Shown here: in pieces, positions 41,571 to 50,538 of the stretch | Layout of the letters: every line of letters starts with the position of its first letter | Position numbering within the stretch: position 1 is the first letter of the stretch | Origin: an uncultured Verrucomicrobiota bacterium | GTDB lineage: Bacteria > Verrucomicrobiota > Kiritimatiellia > CAIQIC01 > Lenti-01 | Direction of reading: 5' to 3' | Length of the DNA stretch: 64,000 bases | NCBI GenBank assembly: GCA_937872095.1 | Contig: CALMNW010000014.1 | Span: 18,512-82,511, forward strand | The notes under the pieces: model-generated | Database searches by the model: none | What the model saw: the letters and a program-made list of their open reading frames with translations, nothing else | What the model was told of the DNA's origin: nothing | Translations under genes and position numbers: made by a program

Positions 41571-43886
41571 ATGACAAATTCCAACGACCTGGCGCGCCGC
41601 GTGGCCGCGCTCCTTTCTTCCCCCCGCTACCGTCCCCTGCCCGAACGCGATCTGGCCAAAAGCCTCCAACTCGATCCCGGCCAGCGGGGCCTGTTGCGGC
41701 AAATCCTCCGCGATCTGCAAAGCCAAGGCCAAGCCGCGCCGCTCGGCGGCGGCCGCTGGGGTGCGGCCTCCGCTTCCGCCGGACCGATCTCCGGCACCTT
41801 CTGCGTCCGCCCCAACGGCTCTTGCTGGCTGATTCCCGACGGTCCGAGGCAGCCGCCGATGTGGATCGATCCGGCCTCCGCCGGCGCCGCCATGAACGGC
41901 GACAAGATCCAGGCGCTGCCGATCCGGCGCGAGCCGTTCGCGCGCATGCTGGGGGCGCGCCCCGACACGAAGGCGGTCCGCCTGGTGCGCATCCTGGAAC
42001 GCAAGCGCAAATGGCTGGTGGGCATCCTGCAGGCGACCCCGCACCACGCCTACGTGGTGCCGCGCGACCCGCTCCTGCGCGCCCACATCCGCCTGGTCGA
42101 TCCCCTCGCCAAGCTCGAAAAGCATCTGGGCAACCTCGTCGTCGCCCGGATCGTCGACGACGAGCCGGCCGACGGTCAGCCCGTCACCGCGCGATTTTCC
42201 GAGGATCTGGGCGATCCCGAAAGCGCCGCCAACGACGTGCCCGCCCTGCTGAAGGATCGCGGCCTGGACGAAACCTTTCCGTCGGACGTGAAGAAAGCCG
42301 CCGCCCATGCCCATGCGGCGCTGGCCCGGCACGGCGCCGATCCGCGCGGGCGCGTCGATCTGCGGAAGGCGCTCATCGTGGCCATCGATCCGGCCACGGC
42401 CCACGACCACGACGACGCGGTTTCCATCGAACCGCTGCCCGGCGGACGCTGGAAGCTCGGCGTGCACATCGCCGACGTGGCGGCCTACGTCGAACCCGGT
42501 TCCGCGATCGATCGCGAAGCCCTGCGCCGCGGCAACAGCACCTATCTGGTCGATCGCGTCATCCGCATGCTGCCGAAGGACCTCACCGTGTCCACGTGCA
42601 GCCTCCTGCCCGGCGAAGACCATCTGGCGCATTCGGTCGAAATCGTCTACGACGACCACGGGCGCGTGCTGGAATCGACGTCCTTCCGTTCCATCATCCG
42701 GTCCAAGGCCACCCTGTCCTATGAGCAGGTCCAGGAATTCTTCGACAAGGGCCGCCTCGACGGGGTTTCCGACGAATTGCGGACGGCCCTGCGGGACCTG
42801 CGCAAGCTGGCGAAGAAGATCCGAACGCTCCGCTTCGAAAACGGCGCGCTGGACTTCGCCCTGCCCGAAGTGCACTGCGAGCTGGACGCCGCCGGCAATC
42901 CGGTCGGATTCACCCGCCGCGGCGCCACCGAGGCCTACAACCTGATCGAGGAATGCATGCTGGCCGCCAACCAGGCCGTCGCCCGCCGGGTGGTCGAAGC
43001 CGGCGTCCCCGGCATCTACCGCGTCCACGACGAACCGTCCGACGAGCAGTGGGCGCGCATGGCCACCGAGCTGCGCGCGCTCGGCCACCGCGCGCCGCCT
43101 GCGGACGCGCGGGCCCTCAATCGCATCGCCCGTGCCGCGCTCGGCAAGCCCGAGCAGTACATGACGACGCTGACGCTCCTGCGCAACATGAAGCGCGCGA
43201 CCTACGAGGCCGAGTGCCGGCCCCATTTCGGCCTCGGCTTCGACCGCTATGCGCACTTCACCTCGCCCATCCGGCGCTATCCCGATCTCGTTTTGCACCG
43301 CATCCTGATCGGCATCGAGGAAGGCCGCAAGCAGCCGGCCTATTCCGCCGCCGAAATCGAAAAGCTCGCGCTGCACTGCTCCGACACCGAGCGCGAATCC
43401 GCCGAAATGGAAAGCCAATCCATCCAGATCAAGCGCATCCGCTATTTCGCCGCGCTTCTGGACAAGGGCGAAACCGGCCCGTTCCGGGGCACGATCATCT
43501 CCCTGAATCCCAAGGGCCTCATCGTGGAACTCGCCGATTCGCTCCAGCAGGGCATGCTGCCCTATGCTTCCCTCGGCCGCGACCGCTTCATCCTCGCCGG
43601 CGACGGTCTTTCCGCCGCCGCGCACAAGGGGGCCACCTATCGTCTCGGGCAAGCCATCGACGTCGGCCTGGCCGCCGTGGACGAAGCCCGCCGCCGCGTG
43701 GATTTCTTCCTGCCCGGCGCCGCGCGGCGGACCGAGGGACGGCCGGGGCCTTCCGGACGGAAAACCCGGCCGGCCGCGCACCGCGGATCGCCGGATAAAC
43801 ACGTTGACAAAAAGCCCGGAAAAGCCGGAAATAAACCCGTACAAAATCCGGGAAGAACCCGGCATCCAAGGAGAGCCACGAAATGA
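41571..43886 (+). CDS. rnr: Ribonuclease R
   Basis: RNB motifs 'AIDPATAHDHDDAVS', 'YLVDRVIRMLP', 'HFGLGFDRYAHFTSPIRRYPDLVLHR'. S1-like domain and basic C-terminal tail. Confidence 0.9.
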   Translation: MTNSNDLARRVAALLSSPRYRPLPERDLAKSLQLDPGQRGLLRQILRDLQSQGQAAPLGGGRWGAASASAGPISGTFCVRPNGSCWLIPDGPRQPPMWIDPASAGAAMNGDKIQALPIRREPFARMLGARPDTKAVRLVRILERKRKWLVGILQATPHHAYVVPRDPLLRAHIRLVDPLAKLEKHLGNLVVARIVDDEPADGQPVTARFSEDLGDPESAANDVPALLKDRGLDETFPSDVKKAAAHAHAALARHGADPRGRVDLRKALIVAIDPATAHDHDDAVSIEPLPGGRWKLGVHIADVAAYVEPGSAIDREALRRGNSTYLVDRVIRMLPKDLTVSTCSLLPGEDHLAHSVEIVYDDHGRVLESTSFRSIIRSKATLSYEQVQEFFDKGRLDGVSDELRTALRDLRKLAKKIRTLRFENGALDFALPEVHCELDAAGNPVGFTRRGATEAYNLIEECMLAANQAVARRVVEAGVPGIYRVHDEPSDEQWARMATELRALGHRAPPADARALNRIARAALGKPEQYMTTLTLLRNMKRATYEAECRPHFGLGFDRYAHFTSPIRRYPDLVLHRILIGIEEGRKQPAYSAAEIEKLALHCSDTERESAEMESQSIQIKRIRYFAALLDKGETGPFRGTIISLNPKGLIVELADSLQQGMLPYASLGRDRFILAGDGLSAAAHKGATYRLGQAIDVGLAAVDEARRRVDFFLPGAARRTEGRPGPSGRKTRPAAHRGSPDKHVDKKPGKAGNKPVQNPGRTRHPRRATK

Positions 43887-44725
43887 AGAAGATCATTGCC
43901 CTGCTGATTCTTGCGGCGGTCGCCGCGACGCCGCTGGCCGCGTCGGCCGCGGAAGCGAACGTCTACGCCGACGTCATGTCCGCCTACGTCTATCGCGGCG
44001 CGATCGGCAACGACGAAGCCGTCTTCCAGCCCGGTCTCGACGTCGCCGGCCCCTTGGGCTTCGGCTACAGCCTGTGGGCCAACATGAACCTGACGGATGC
44101 CGAATCTCCCTGGTATCCCGACACGTACGGCAAATGGGGCGAAGTGGATCTCGGCCTCAACTGGACCTGCCCGGCGGAAGGCCCGGTCAGCTTGACCGTG
44201 GGCGCCACCTACTTCCTGTATCCGCAGGACAGCAGCGAAGTCCTCACGGACGACGAAACCGGCGAGCCGCTCGTCGATGCGGACGGCAACGTGCAGGTTT
44301 CGAAGGCCCCCGCCGACGACGGCTACGAACTCTACGTCGAGCTGGCCGCCGCGGACGTCCCGCTCGCTCCCACCGTCACGGTCTGCCACGATCTGGAAAA
44401 CAGCGACGACTGGATCGTCATCTTCGGCATCGGCCACTCGGTCGATCTGGCCGACGCGCTGTCGCTGGATCTCGGCGCCAGCATCGGCTACGCCGGCGAC
44501 TATTACCTCGCCAGCAACTTCGGTTCCGACACCGGCGACGCCTTTGCGCACGCCCAGCTCGACGCGGCGCTGAACTACGCCGTCAGCGAGGCGTTCTCCG
44601 TCGGGCTGAAGGGCACGTTCAGCACGCTGGTCGATTCGGAACTGCGCGACGACGTCGATGCCGACGGCTACTATCCCGATACGGACATTTTCTTCGGCGG
44701 CGTCTCGGCCAGCTATTCGTTCTGA
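43883..44725 (+). CDS. Outer-membrane beta-barrel protein (TorF/TIGR02001-like)
   Basis: Signal peptide 'MKKIIALLILAAVAATPLAASA'. 'VMSAYVYRGAIGNDEAVFQPGLDV'. Alternating beta pattern with terminal '...SASYSF'. Its ATG overlaps the rnr stop. Confidence 0.65.
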   Translation: MKKIIALLILAAVAATPLAASAAEANVYADVMSAYVYRGAIGNDEAVFQPGLDVAGPLGFGYSLWANMNLTDAESPWYPDTYGKWGEVDLGLNWTCPAEGPVSLTVGATYFLYPQDSSEVLTDDETGEPLVDADGNVQVSKAPADDGYELYVELAAADVPLAPTVTVCHDLENSDDWIVIFGIGHSVDLADALSLDLGASIGYAGDYYLASNFGSDTGDAFAHAQLDAALNYAVSEAFSVGLKGTFSTLVDSELRDDVDADGYYPDTDIFFGGVSASYSF

Positions 44726-44751
44726 CCGCCTTACGTCCCGCCAGGGAAACG

Positions 44752-44785
44752 AAAACGCCCCGCGCAGCCGCGGGGCGTTTTTTTT
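44752..44785. terminator. Bidirectional Rho-independent terminator
   Basis: 'aaaa cgccccgcg cagc cgcggggcg tttttttt' between convergent genes. Confidence 0.8.
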
Positions 44786-44797
44786 GTGCCGCCGGCG

Positions 44798-45817
44798 CTA
44801 CTGCCAAACCCCGGAGCAGATCCGGCCGCAGACTTGGCAACGGCCGTCCGGATCCATCCGCGCGAGCCGGGAGCGAAAGCCTTCCCGCTCGATCAGGCGC
44901 GCGCCGCAATCCGGACAAAACGTGGCCGTGGCATCTTCCTCCCCCCGGACGTTGCCCACATAGACGTGATGCAGACCGTTTTCCCGGGCCTGGTCCCGGG
45001 CCCGCCGCAGCGTCGCCGGCGGCGTCGGCGGCCGATCGCGCATCTCGCCGTCCGGATGGAAGGCGCTGAAATGCAGCGGGGTGTCCTCGCCCAAGTGCTC
45101 CGCCACCCACGCCGTCAGTTCGTCGAGTTCCGTCTCGGAATCGTTGAGTCCCGGAATCAGCAGCGTCGTGACTTCCAGCCAACAGTCCGTTTCCTGCCGG
45201 ATGGCCTCCAGCGTCTCCAACACCGGCGCCAGCCGCGCCCCGCACCACTTCTTGTAGAAGTCGTCGCGGAACGACTTCAGGTCCACGTTCGCCGCATCCA
45301 TCTTCCGGAAAAACTCCAGGCGAGATTCCGGCGAGAAATAGCCCGACGTCACTGCGACCATGCGGAGGCCGTTCGCGTGGCAGGCGTCGGCGACGTCCAG
45401 CGCGTACTCCGCCCAGACCGCCGGCTCGTTGTAGGTCGCCGCCACCGCGGGAATCCGGCGCTCCGCCGCCGCGCGCGCCACTTCATCCGGCGATACTTCG
45501 TTCCCCGCGGGCATCCCGTCCGCCGCGGGATGGCTCAGCTCCCAGTTCTGGCAAAACCGGCACGACAAGTTGCAGCCCAGCGTGCCCAGCGAAAGAATTT
45601 GGCTCCCCGGCAGGAAATGGTTCAGCGGCTTCTTCTCGATGGGATCCACCTGCATCGCCACCGGGTGCCCCCAGGTTTCGGCGATCAACGTGCCGGCGCG
45701 ATTTACGCGCGCATGGCACCGGCCGCGCGCCCCCGGGGCGATCCGGCAACGGTGGGGACACAATTGGCAGCTCACGGAACCATCTTCCGCCGCTTGCCAA
45801 AACCGGGCGGTTTTCAT
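44798..45817 (-). CDS. AmmeMemoRadiSam-system radical SAM enzyme (PflA-like activase family)
   Basis: 'VSCQLCPHRCRIAPGARGRCHARVN', radical-SAM 'LGCNLSCRFCQNWELS', C-terminal Cys cluster 'CPDCGARLI...CQVCG'. Overlaps sufU by 4 nt. Confidence 0.8.
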   Translation of the reverse strand: MKTARFWQAAEDGSVSCQLCPHRCRIAPGARGRCHARVNRAGTLIAETWGHPVAMQVDPIEKKPLNHFLPGSQILSLGTLGCNLSCRFCQNWELSHPAADGMPAGNEVSPDEVARAAAERRIPAVAATYNEPAVWAEYALDVADACHANGLRMVAVTSGYFSPESRLEFFRKMDAANVDLKSFRDDFYKKWCGARLAPVLETLEAIRQETDCWLEVTTLLIPGLNDSETELDELTAWVAEHLGEDTPLHFSAFHPDGEMRDRPPTPPATLRRARDQARENGLHHVYVGNVRGEEDATATFCPDCGARLIEREGFRSRLARMDPDGRCQVCGRICSGVWQ

Positions 45818-46239
45818 TTTTCGTTTCGCTTGTTCGCCAGCGCCTTTTCCAGCGCCTGCCAGACCAGCATGGCGCAATGGATCCGCGCCGGGTATTTCTC
45901 AATGCCGTTGAACGCCTGGAAATCGCCCCATTCCTCCGCGAAACCCGCATGCCCGAGGCGCGCCGCAAAGGCGGCGGCCATGGTCGCGATCTCGGACGGC
46001 AGCATGCCTTCCAAGCGCCGCGCCGCCATCGAGGCCGAGGCCATGCTGACCGCGCATCCGTGGAGCTCGTAGGTCATCCGTTCCAGCCCTCCGCCCGAAG
46101 TCCAGGACAGCTTCAAGCGGATTTCGTCTCCGCAGGCCGTGTTGAGGGCCTCGGCGTCCTCGCTGCCCGCCGGCACGCGTCCCGCGCCATGGGGATTCTT
46201 GGCATGCGCCAGCAGGGTCGCCTGGTAGATGTCGTTCAC
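45814..46239 (-). CDS. sufU: SufU/IscU-type Fe-S cluster scaffold/sulfur acceptor
   Basis: 'LLAHAKNPHGAG', 'NTACGDEIRL', 'HGCAVSMASASM', 'ARIHCAMLVWQAL'. Confidence 0.85.
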   Translation of the reverse strand: MNDIYQATLLAHAKNPHGAGRVPAGSEDAEALNTACGDEIRLKLSWTSGGGLERMTYELHGCAVSMASASMAARRLEGMLPSEIATMAAAFAARLGHAGFAEEWGDFQAFNGIEKYPARIHCAMLVWQALEKALANKRNEK

Positions 46240-47474
46240 GTGAACAGCTCCTGGGCGGCCCGCACGCCCTCCAGCAACCGCCGGATTTCATCCGTCGTGT
46301 TGTAGGGCGCGAAACTCGCCCGCACGGCCGATTCGATCCCCAGCCGCCGCATCAGCGGCTGCGCGCACATGTGCCCGGCCCGCACGGCGATGCCGCGGCT
46401 GTCCAGCACTTGGGCGACGTCGTGCGCATGCACGCCCTTCACGCTGAAGCTCACCAGCGAGACGCGTCCCTCCGCCGGCCCCCAGACCCGCACGTCTTTC
46501 AGCGCCGCCAGCCGTTCCGCGGCCTCCCGCGCCAAGTTCGCCACGTGTTCGTGCGCGGCCGGCGGCAGCGCCCGCACCCATTCGATCGCCGCGGCCAGAC
46601 CCACGGCCCCCGCCACGTGGGGCGTGCCGCCTTCGAACCGGTACGGCACTTCCGCCCAGGTCGACGTCTGCTCGTCCACCCGCGCGATCATTTCCCCGCC
46701 GAAGATCGACGGATGCATCTGCTCCAGCAACTCGCCGCGGCCCCACAGCGCGCCGATCCCCATCGGGCCATACATCTTGTGGCCGGAAAACGCGAAGAAA
46801 TCGCAATCCATCGCCGCCACGTCCGCCGGCAAATGCGCCACGCCTTGCGCGCCATCCACCAGCACCCGCGCGCCGGCGGCATGGGCGGCGGCGCAGATCG
46901 CGCGCACGTCGTTGGCGGCGCCCAGCACATTCGAGACCCACGTCGCGGCCACCCATTTCGCGCGATGCGCGGACAACCCCTTGCGAAACGCCGCCAGATC
47001 CAGCCGACCGTCCGACGTCAGCGGAATGACTTTCAGGGACGCGCCCACGCCCTTGACCGCCTCCTGCCAGGGAACCCAGTTGCTGTGGTGCTCCATGGCC
47101 GACACCCAGACCTCGTCGCCCGGCCCGATCTCCCAGCGCGCGAAACCGGCGACCGCCAGGTTGATGCTCGCCGTCGTCCCGCCGGTAAAAACGATTTCCG
47201 CAGGCGATTTCGCGCCGATGAACGCGGCCACGGCCGCCCGGGCCCCTTCGTAAGCCGCCGTCGCCTCCGCGCCCAGCCGGTGCACGCTGCGGCGGGTATT
47301 GGCGTTGTGCAGCCGGTAGAACTGGTCCATGGCCTTCAGCACCGGTTCCGGGCGCTGCGTCGTCGCCGCGTTGTCCAGCCAAGCCAGGTCGCGGTTGAGG
47401 ATGGCGAAGGGACGCCGAATCGATCCCGGATCGAATACTTCGCCCTTGCCTGCCGATTCCGGCCGTTCGCTCAT
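46236..47474 (-). CDS. sufS: Cysteine desulfurase SufS (class V aminotransferase, group II)
   Basis: 'LDNAATTQRPEPV', 'HRLGAEAT', 'MEHHSNWVPW', 'FSGHKMYGPMGIGALWG', 'RAGHMCAQPL'. Confidence 0.9.
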   Translation of the reverse strand: MSERPESAGKGEVFDPGSIRRPFAILNRDLAWLDNAATTQRPEPVLKAMDQFYRLHNANTRRSVHRLGAEATAAYEGARAAVAAFIGAKSPAEIVFTGGTTASINLAVAGFARWEIGPGDEVWVSAMEHHSNWVPWQEAVKGVGASLKVIPLTSDGRLDLAAFRKGLSAHRAKWVAATWVSNVLGAANDVRAICAAAHAAGARVLVDGAQGVAHLPADVAAMDCDFFAFSGHKMYGPMGIGALWGRGELLEQMHPSIFGGEMIARVDEQTSTWAEVPYRFEGGTPHVAGAVGLAAAIEWVRALPPAAHEHVANLAREAAERLAALKDVRVWGPAEGRVSLVSFSVKGVHAHDVAQVLDSRGIAVRAGHMCAQPLMRRLGIESAVRASFAPYNTTDEIRRLLEGVRAAQELFT

Positions 47475-47517
47475 TACACCTTGCCCTCGGGCATCATCAT
47501 GCTACAGTTCCCCCGTC

Positions 47518-47781
47518 ATGCGCAAGAACATCGGCTGGCAAGAAAAACAGGATGACGCCAAGTACCGGATCCGCGTCATCTTCGGCGGGGGCGACCAAAT
47601 TCTCTGGCGCCGCATCACCAAGGCGATGGAACGTTGGGAGCCGTTCGAGCCCGCGCCCGAACACTGGCAGATCCTGCTCGAAAAGACCAAGGCCCGCTAC
47701 GTCCGCCGCCAAGCGCCCTACAAGGACTTGCAGCTCGTCGAACGCCTGGCCGCCGCCCATCCGCTTCCGCCCGAGCCGTGA
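47518..47781 (+). CDS. Hypothetical 87-aa protein
   Basis: ORF only. Its stop overlaps the GTG start of the downstream permease-like gene (GTGA). Confidence 0.35.
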   Translation: MRKNIGWQEKQDDAKYRIRVIFGGGDQILWRRITKAMERWEPFEPAPEHWQILLEKTKARYVRRQAPYKDLQLVERLAAAHPLPPEP

Positions 47782-49211
47782 GACAGATCGCCGCCATCGC
47801 GCTGCTTGCCCTCCGCCACGTCTTCCGCTCGCGCGTCGTCCTCGTTCTCTCCGTCCTGCTTTTCGCCGCGGCTTTCTTCTTGCCCCTCGCCCTGCGCAGC
47901 GACGGCACGCCCGAGGGGCTGATCCGCATCCATCTCGCCTACGTCCTCGGCATCGCCTCGTTCCTGCTGAGCCTGGCCACCCTCTGGGCCGGTTGCGCCG
48001 CCGTTTCCCAGGAGGCCGACGACAAGACTCTCCAGCTTTTGCTCGTGAAGCCCGTCCCGCGCCTGCGCATCTGGATCGGCAAATGGACGGCGCTCCTCGT
48101 CCTTGACGCCCTGCTGCTGGCATTCGTCGGCGCCGTCGCCGCCGGCACGCTCCAGGCGAAGCTGCGCCGCGGCGGATTCGAGCCCGACGCCCTCGCCGCC
48201 GCGAAGCAGACCGTGCTTGCTTCCCTGCAAACTCTCCGCGCACCGCTGCCCGACGTGGAAGCCGACGTCCGCGTCGAATACGAGCAGCTCCGCGCCGCGC
48301 ATCGCTTGCCGAACAACGCGTCCGAATCCGCCATTCTCGATTCCCTCCGCCGCACCCGGCTGGCGCACCTTTATTCCATCGCGCCCGGCGCAACTCGCGG
48401 CTGGCTTTTCACCATCTCTCCTCCGGCGCGGCAGGGCAGCCCGACGACCTTGATCGTCCAATTCAAGGCCGATTCCTCCGTGCCCGGCGCGGCCGAGATG
48501 GAGGCTTCGATCGAACTCGACGTGGCCGGCCAAATCTTCTCGCGCCCTCTCCGCGCCATGCCCGGCACCCTTCAAACCGTCGTGTTCGACGGAATTCCCG
48601 TCGCGGCCTCTTCCGCCACCGTATCTTTCGCCAACCGCGGCACGCACGGCGCCACGCTGTTCTTCGATCCCGCCGACGGCCTTGTCCTGCGACGGCCCGT
48701 CGGCACCTTCGCCGGCAACTATCTCCGGGCGCTGGGCCAACTGTATCTGCGCCTCGCCCTGTTTGCCGCCATCGGCGTGACGCTCGGCACGTTGTTTTCC
48801 ATGCCCGTCGCCACTTTCCTCACGCTCGTGCTGATTCTCATTCTCCAGCTTTCCGGATTCATTTCCGCCGCCGCGCAGGTCGATCGCGCCACTTTCGTCG
48901 CCAACGTCGCGCCGTTCGGCGCGGTCGCCCCTGACCACGGCGGGAACGACGCCCGCGAGGTCGCCGCGCCCTCTCCCGTCGCCCGCGCCGCGGCCACCGT
49001 CTTGTTCTACGCCTATCGCGCCACCTATCTGACCCTCCGCCCGCTGCTCGAAGACCAGACCCTCGACGATCTCTCCACCGGCACCTACCTCCCGCCCCGC
49101 GATCTCCTGCGGAACGTCCTCCAGCAGGGCCTTGTCCTCCCCGCCCTCCTCGCCGTCCTTTCCACCGCCGTCCTCCGCCGCCGCGAATGGGCGCTGCCGG
49201 CGGGCAATTAA
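47778..49211 (+). CDS. ABC-2-type permease-like polytopic membrane protein
   Basis: N-terminal TM bundle with 'DDKTLQLLLVKPVPRLRIWIGKW', a central extracytoplasmic domain and a C-terminal TM cluster. No ATPase gene is adjacent. The stop codon lies inside the left inverted repeat. Confidence 0.5.
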   Translation: MRQIAAIALLALRHVFRSRVVLVLSVLLFAAAFFLPLALRSDGTPEGLIRIHLAYVLGIASFLLSLATLWAGCAAVSQEADDKTLQLLLVKPVPRLRIWIGKWTALLVLDALLLAFVGAVAAGTLQAKLRRGGFEPDALAAAKQTVLASLQTLRAPLPDVEADVRVEYEQLRAAHRLPNNASESAILDSLRRTRLAHLYSIAPGATRGWLFTISPPARQGSPTTLIVQFKADSSVPGAAEMEASIELDVAGQIFSRPLRAMPGTLQTVVFDGIPVAASSATVSFANRGTHGATLFFDPADGLVLRRPVGTFAGNYLRALGQLYLRLALFAAIGVTLGTLFSMPVATFLTLVLILILQLSGFISAAAQVDRATFVANVAPFGAVAPDHGGNDAREVAAPSPVARAAATVLFYAYRATYLTLRPLLEDQTLDDLSTGTYLPPRDLLRNVLQQGLVLPALLAVLSTAVLRRREWALPAGN

Positions 49212-49667
49212 GAATGAAAAATGAAGAATTAAGAATTTTGAGTTGAGAGTTCAGAATTGTGAAAGCCGACAACCTGATCCAGGAAAAGAGCTACGCGTTT
49301 GCCCTGCGTACGGTGAAGCTCTATCGGCATCTCACCGCCGGCAAAAAGGAGTTTGTCCTTTCCAAGCAGTTGCTTCGCTGCGGTACGGCGATCGGCGCCA
49401 ACGTCGAAGAAGCCATTGGGGGCCAATCCCGCGCCGATTTCATTTCCAAGATCTCCATTGCCTACAAAGAAGCCCGCGAAACCTGCTACTGGCTCCGCCT
49501 CCTCAAAGACTCGGATTTTCTCGCCTTGCGCGAATTCGAGAGCATGATCGCCGACGCTGACGAGCTCTGCCGCATCCTTTCCAAGATCATCACGACAACG
49601 AAAAAGCCCACCCCATGATCTTTGGTTCGCGAAAATTCTTAATTCTTCATTTTTCATTCTTAATTGC
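49203..49667. mobile_element. IVS-like cassette: four-helix-bundle ORF bracketed by a perfect 36-bp inverted repeat
   Basis: Left arm 49203-49238 'gcaattaagaatgaaaaatgaagaattaagaatttt'. Right arm 49632-49667 is its exact reverse complement. Confidence 0.7.
49259..49618 (+). CDS. Four-helix-bundle protein (23S rRNA intervening-sequence protein family, TIGR02436-like)
   Basis: 'SKQLLRCGTAIGANVEEAIGGQSRADFISKISIAYKEARETCYWLRLL' matches the family signature. GTG start. Confidence 0.85.
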   Translation: MKADNLIQEKSYAFALRTVKLYRHLTAGKKEFVLSKQLLRCGTAIGANVEEAIGGQSRADFISKISIAYKEARETCYWLRLLKDSDFLALREFESMIADADELCRILSKIITTTKKPTP

Positions 49668-50538
49668 TGCGGCGCTTGCCGCCGCGCTGGCCGGCGGGCT
49701 CAACGTGCGCCTGCTCGCGGAGCGCGGGCGGAAGCATCTGACCCAGGCGCCGCCGACGCAAAACATGCCGCCGGCCGTCGCGTTCACCACCGTCGCCCTC
49801 GGCGGGTTCCGCGGCATCCTGGCGGACGTCCTCTGGATGCGCGCGGGCACCCTGCAGGACGAAGGCCGCTATTTCGAGCTGGTCCAGCTGTCCGACTGGA
49901 TCGCCAAGCTCCAGCCCCGCAGTCCCGCGATCTGGGCCTACCACGCCTGGAACATGGCCTACAATCTCTCCGCGCTCATGACCGATCCCGCCGAAAAATG
50001 GCGCTGGGTCCGCAACGGCATCGTCCTCTTGCGCGATGAAGGCATGGTCGACAACCCCGACTCCCCCCGTCTCTGCCAGGAACTCGCCTGGCTGTTCCTC
50101 CACAAACTCGGGACCGATTATGATCCCGCCGCCGGCTATTACCGCGCCCAATGGGCCGCCGAGGTCGATGCCGGCGCCGTGACCCTCGACCCCGATCTGG
50201 TCCGGAAAATCGAAACCGCAATCGCCCCGCTCGACTGGCACACCCCGCAAGCGCAGGCCATCTATTGGGCCATGGCGGGCCTCCCCTTCGCCCGCTCCGA
50301 TTTCGACGATCTCGCCCTCCGGCGGCTGGTCTACCAGGCGCTGCTGCAGCGCGTCGGACTCGGCGACCGCGATCTGCTCGTTCCCGCCATCGCCTTCGTG
50401 CAGGAAACCCAGAAACGGCATCCGCACGTCGGCGCGGTCCAGGAAATCCTCAAGCAGTTGAATCAGGTCCGCGAGTCGCTGCCGGCCGTCAGCCCACTTC
50501 GCGGCCGATCACCTTCGAGACCAGCAACCGGTCCTTGA
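49615..50538 (+). CDS. Hypothetical membrane-anchored protein; N-terminus partly encoded by the right inverted repeat
   Basis: ATG overlaps the four-helix gene stop (ATGA). 'RKFLILHFSFLI' is IR-encoded. Conserved-looking 'GGFRGILADVLWMRAG...YFELVQLSDWIAKLQP'. The true start is uncertain. Confidence 0.45.
   Translation: MIFGSRKFLILHFSFLIAAALAAALAGGLNVRLLAERGRKHLTQAPPTQNMPPAVAFTTVALGGFRGILADVLWMRAGTLQDEGRYFELVQLSDWIAKLQPRSPAIWAYHAWNMAYNLSALMTDPAEKWRWVRNGIVLLRDEGMVDNPDSPRLCQELAWLFLHKLGTDYDPAAGYYRAQWAAEVDAGAVTLDPDLVRKIETAIAPLDWHTPQAQAIYWAMAGLPFARSDFDDLALRRLVYQALLQRVGLGDRDLLVPAIAFVQETQKRHPHVGAVQEILKQLNQVRESLPAVSPLRGRSPSRPATGP

Noticed and set aside
37447-43865. 1092-aa and 869-aa minus-strand ORFs opposite the methyltransferase, kinase and rnr genes
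   Set aside because: They are antisense low-complexity ORFs, and the plus- and minus-strand genes annotated there have clear family motifs.
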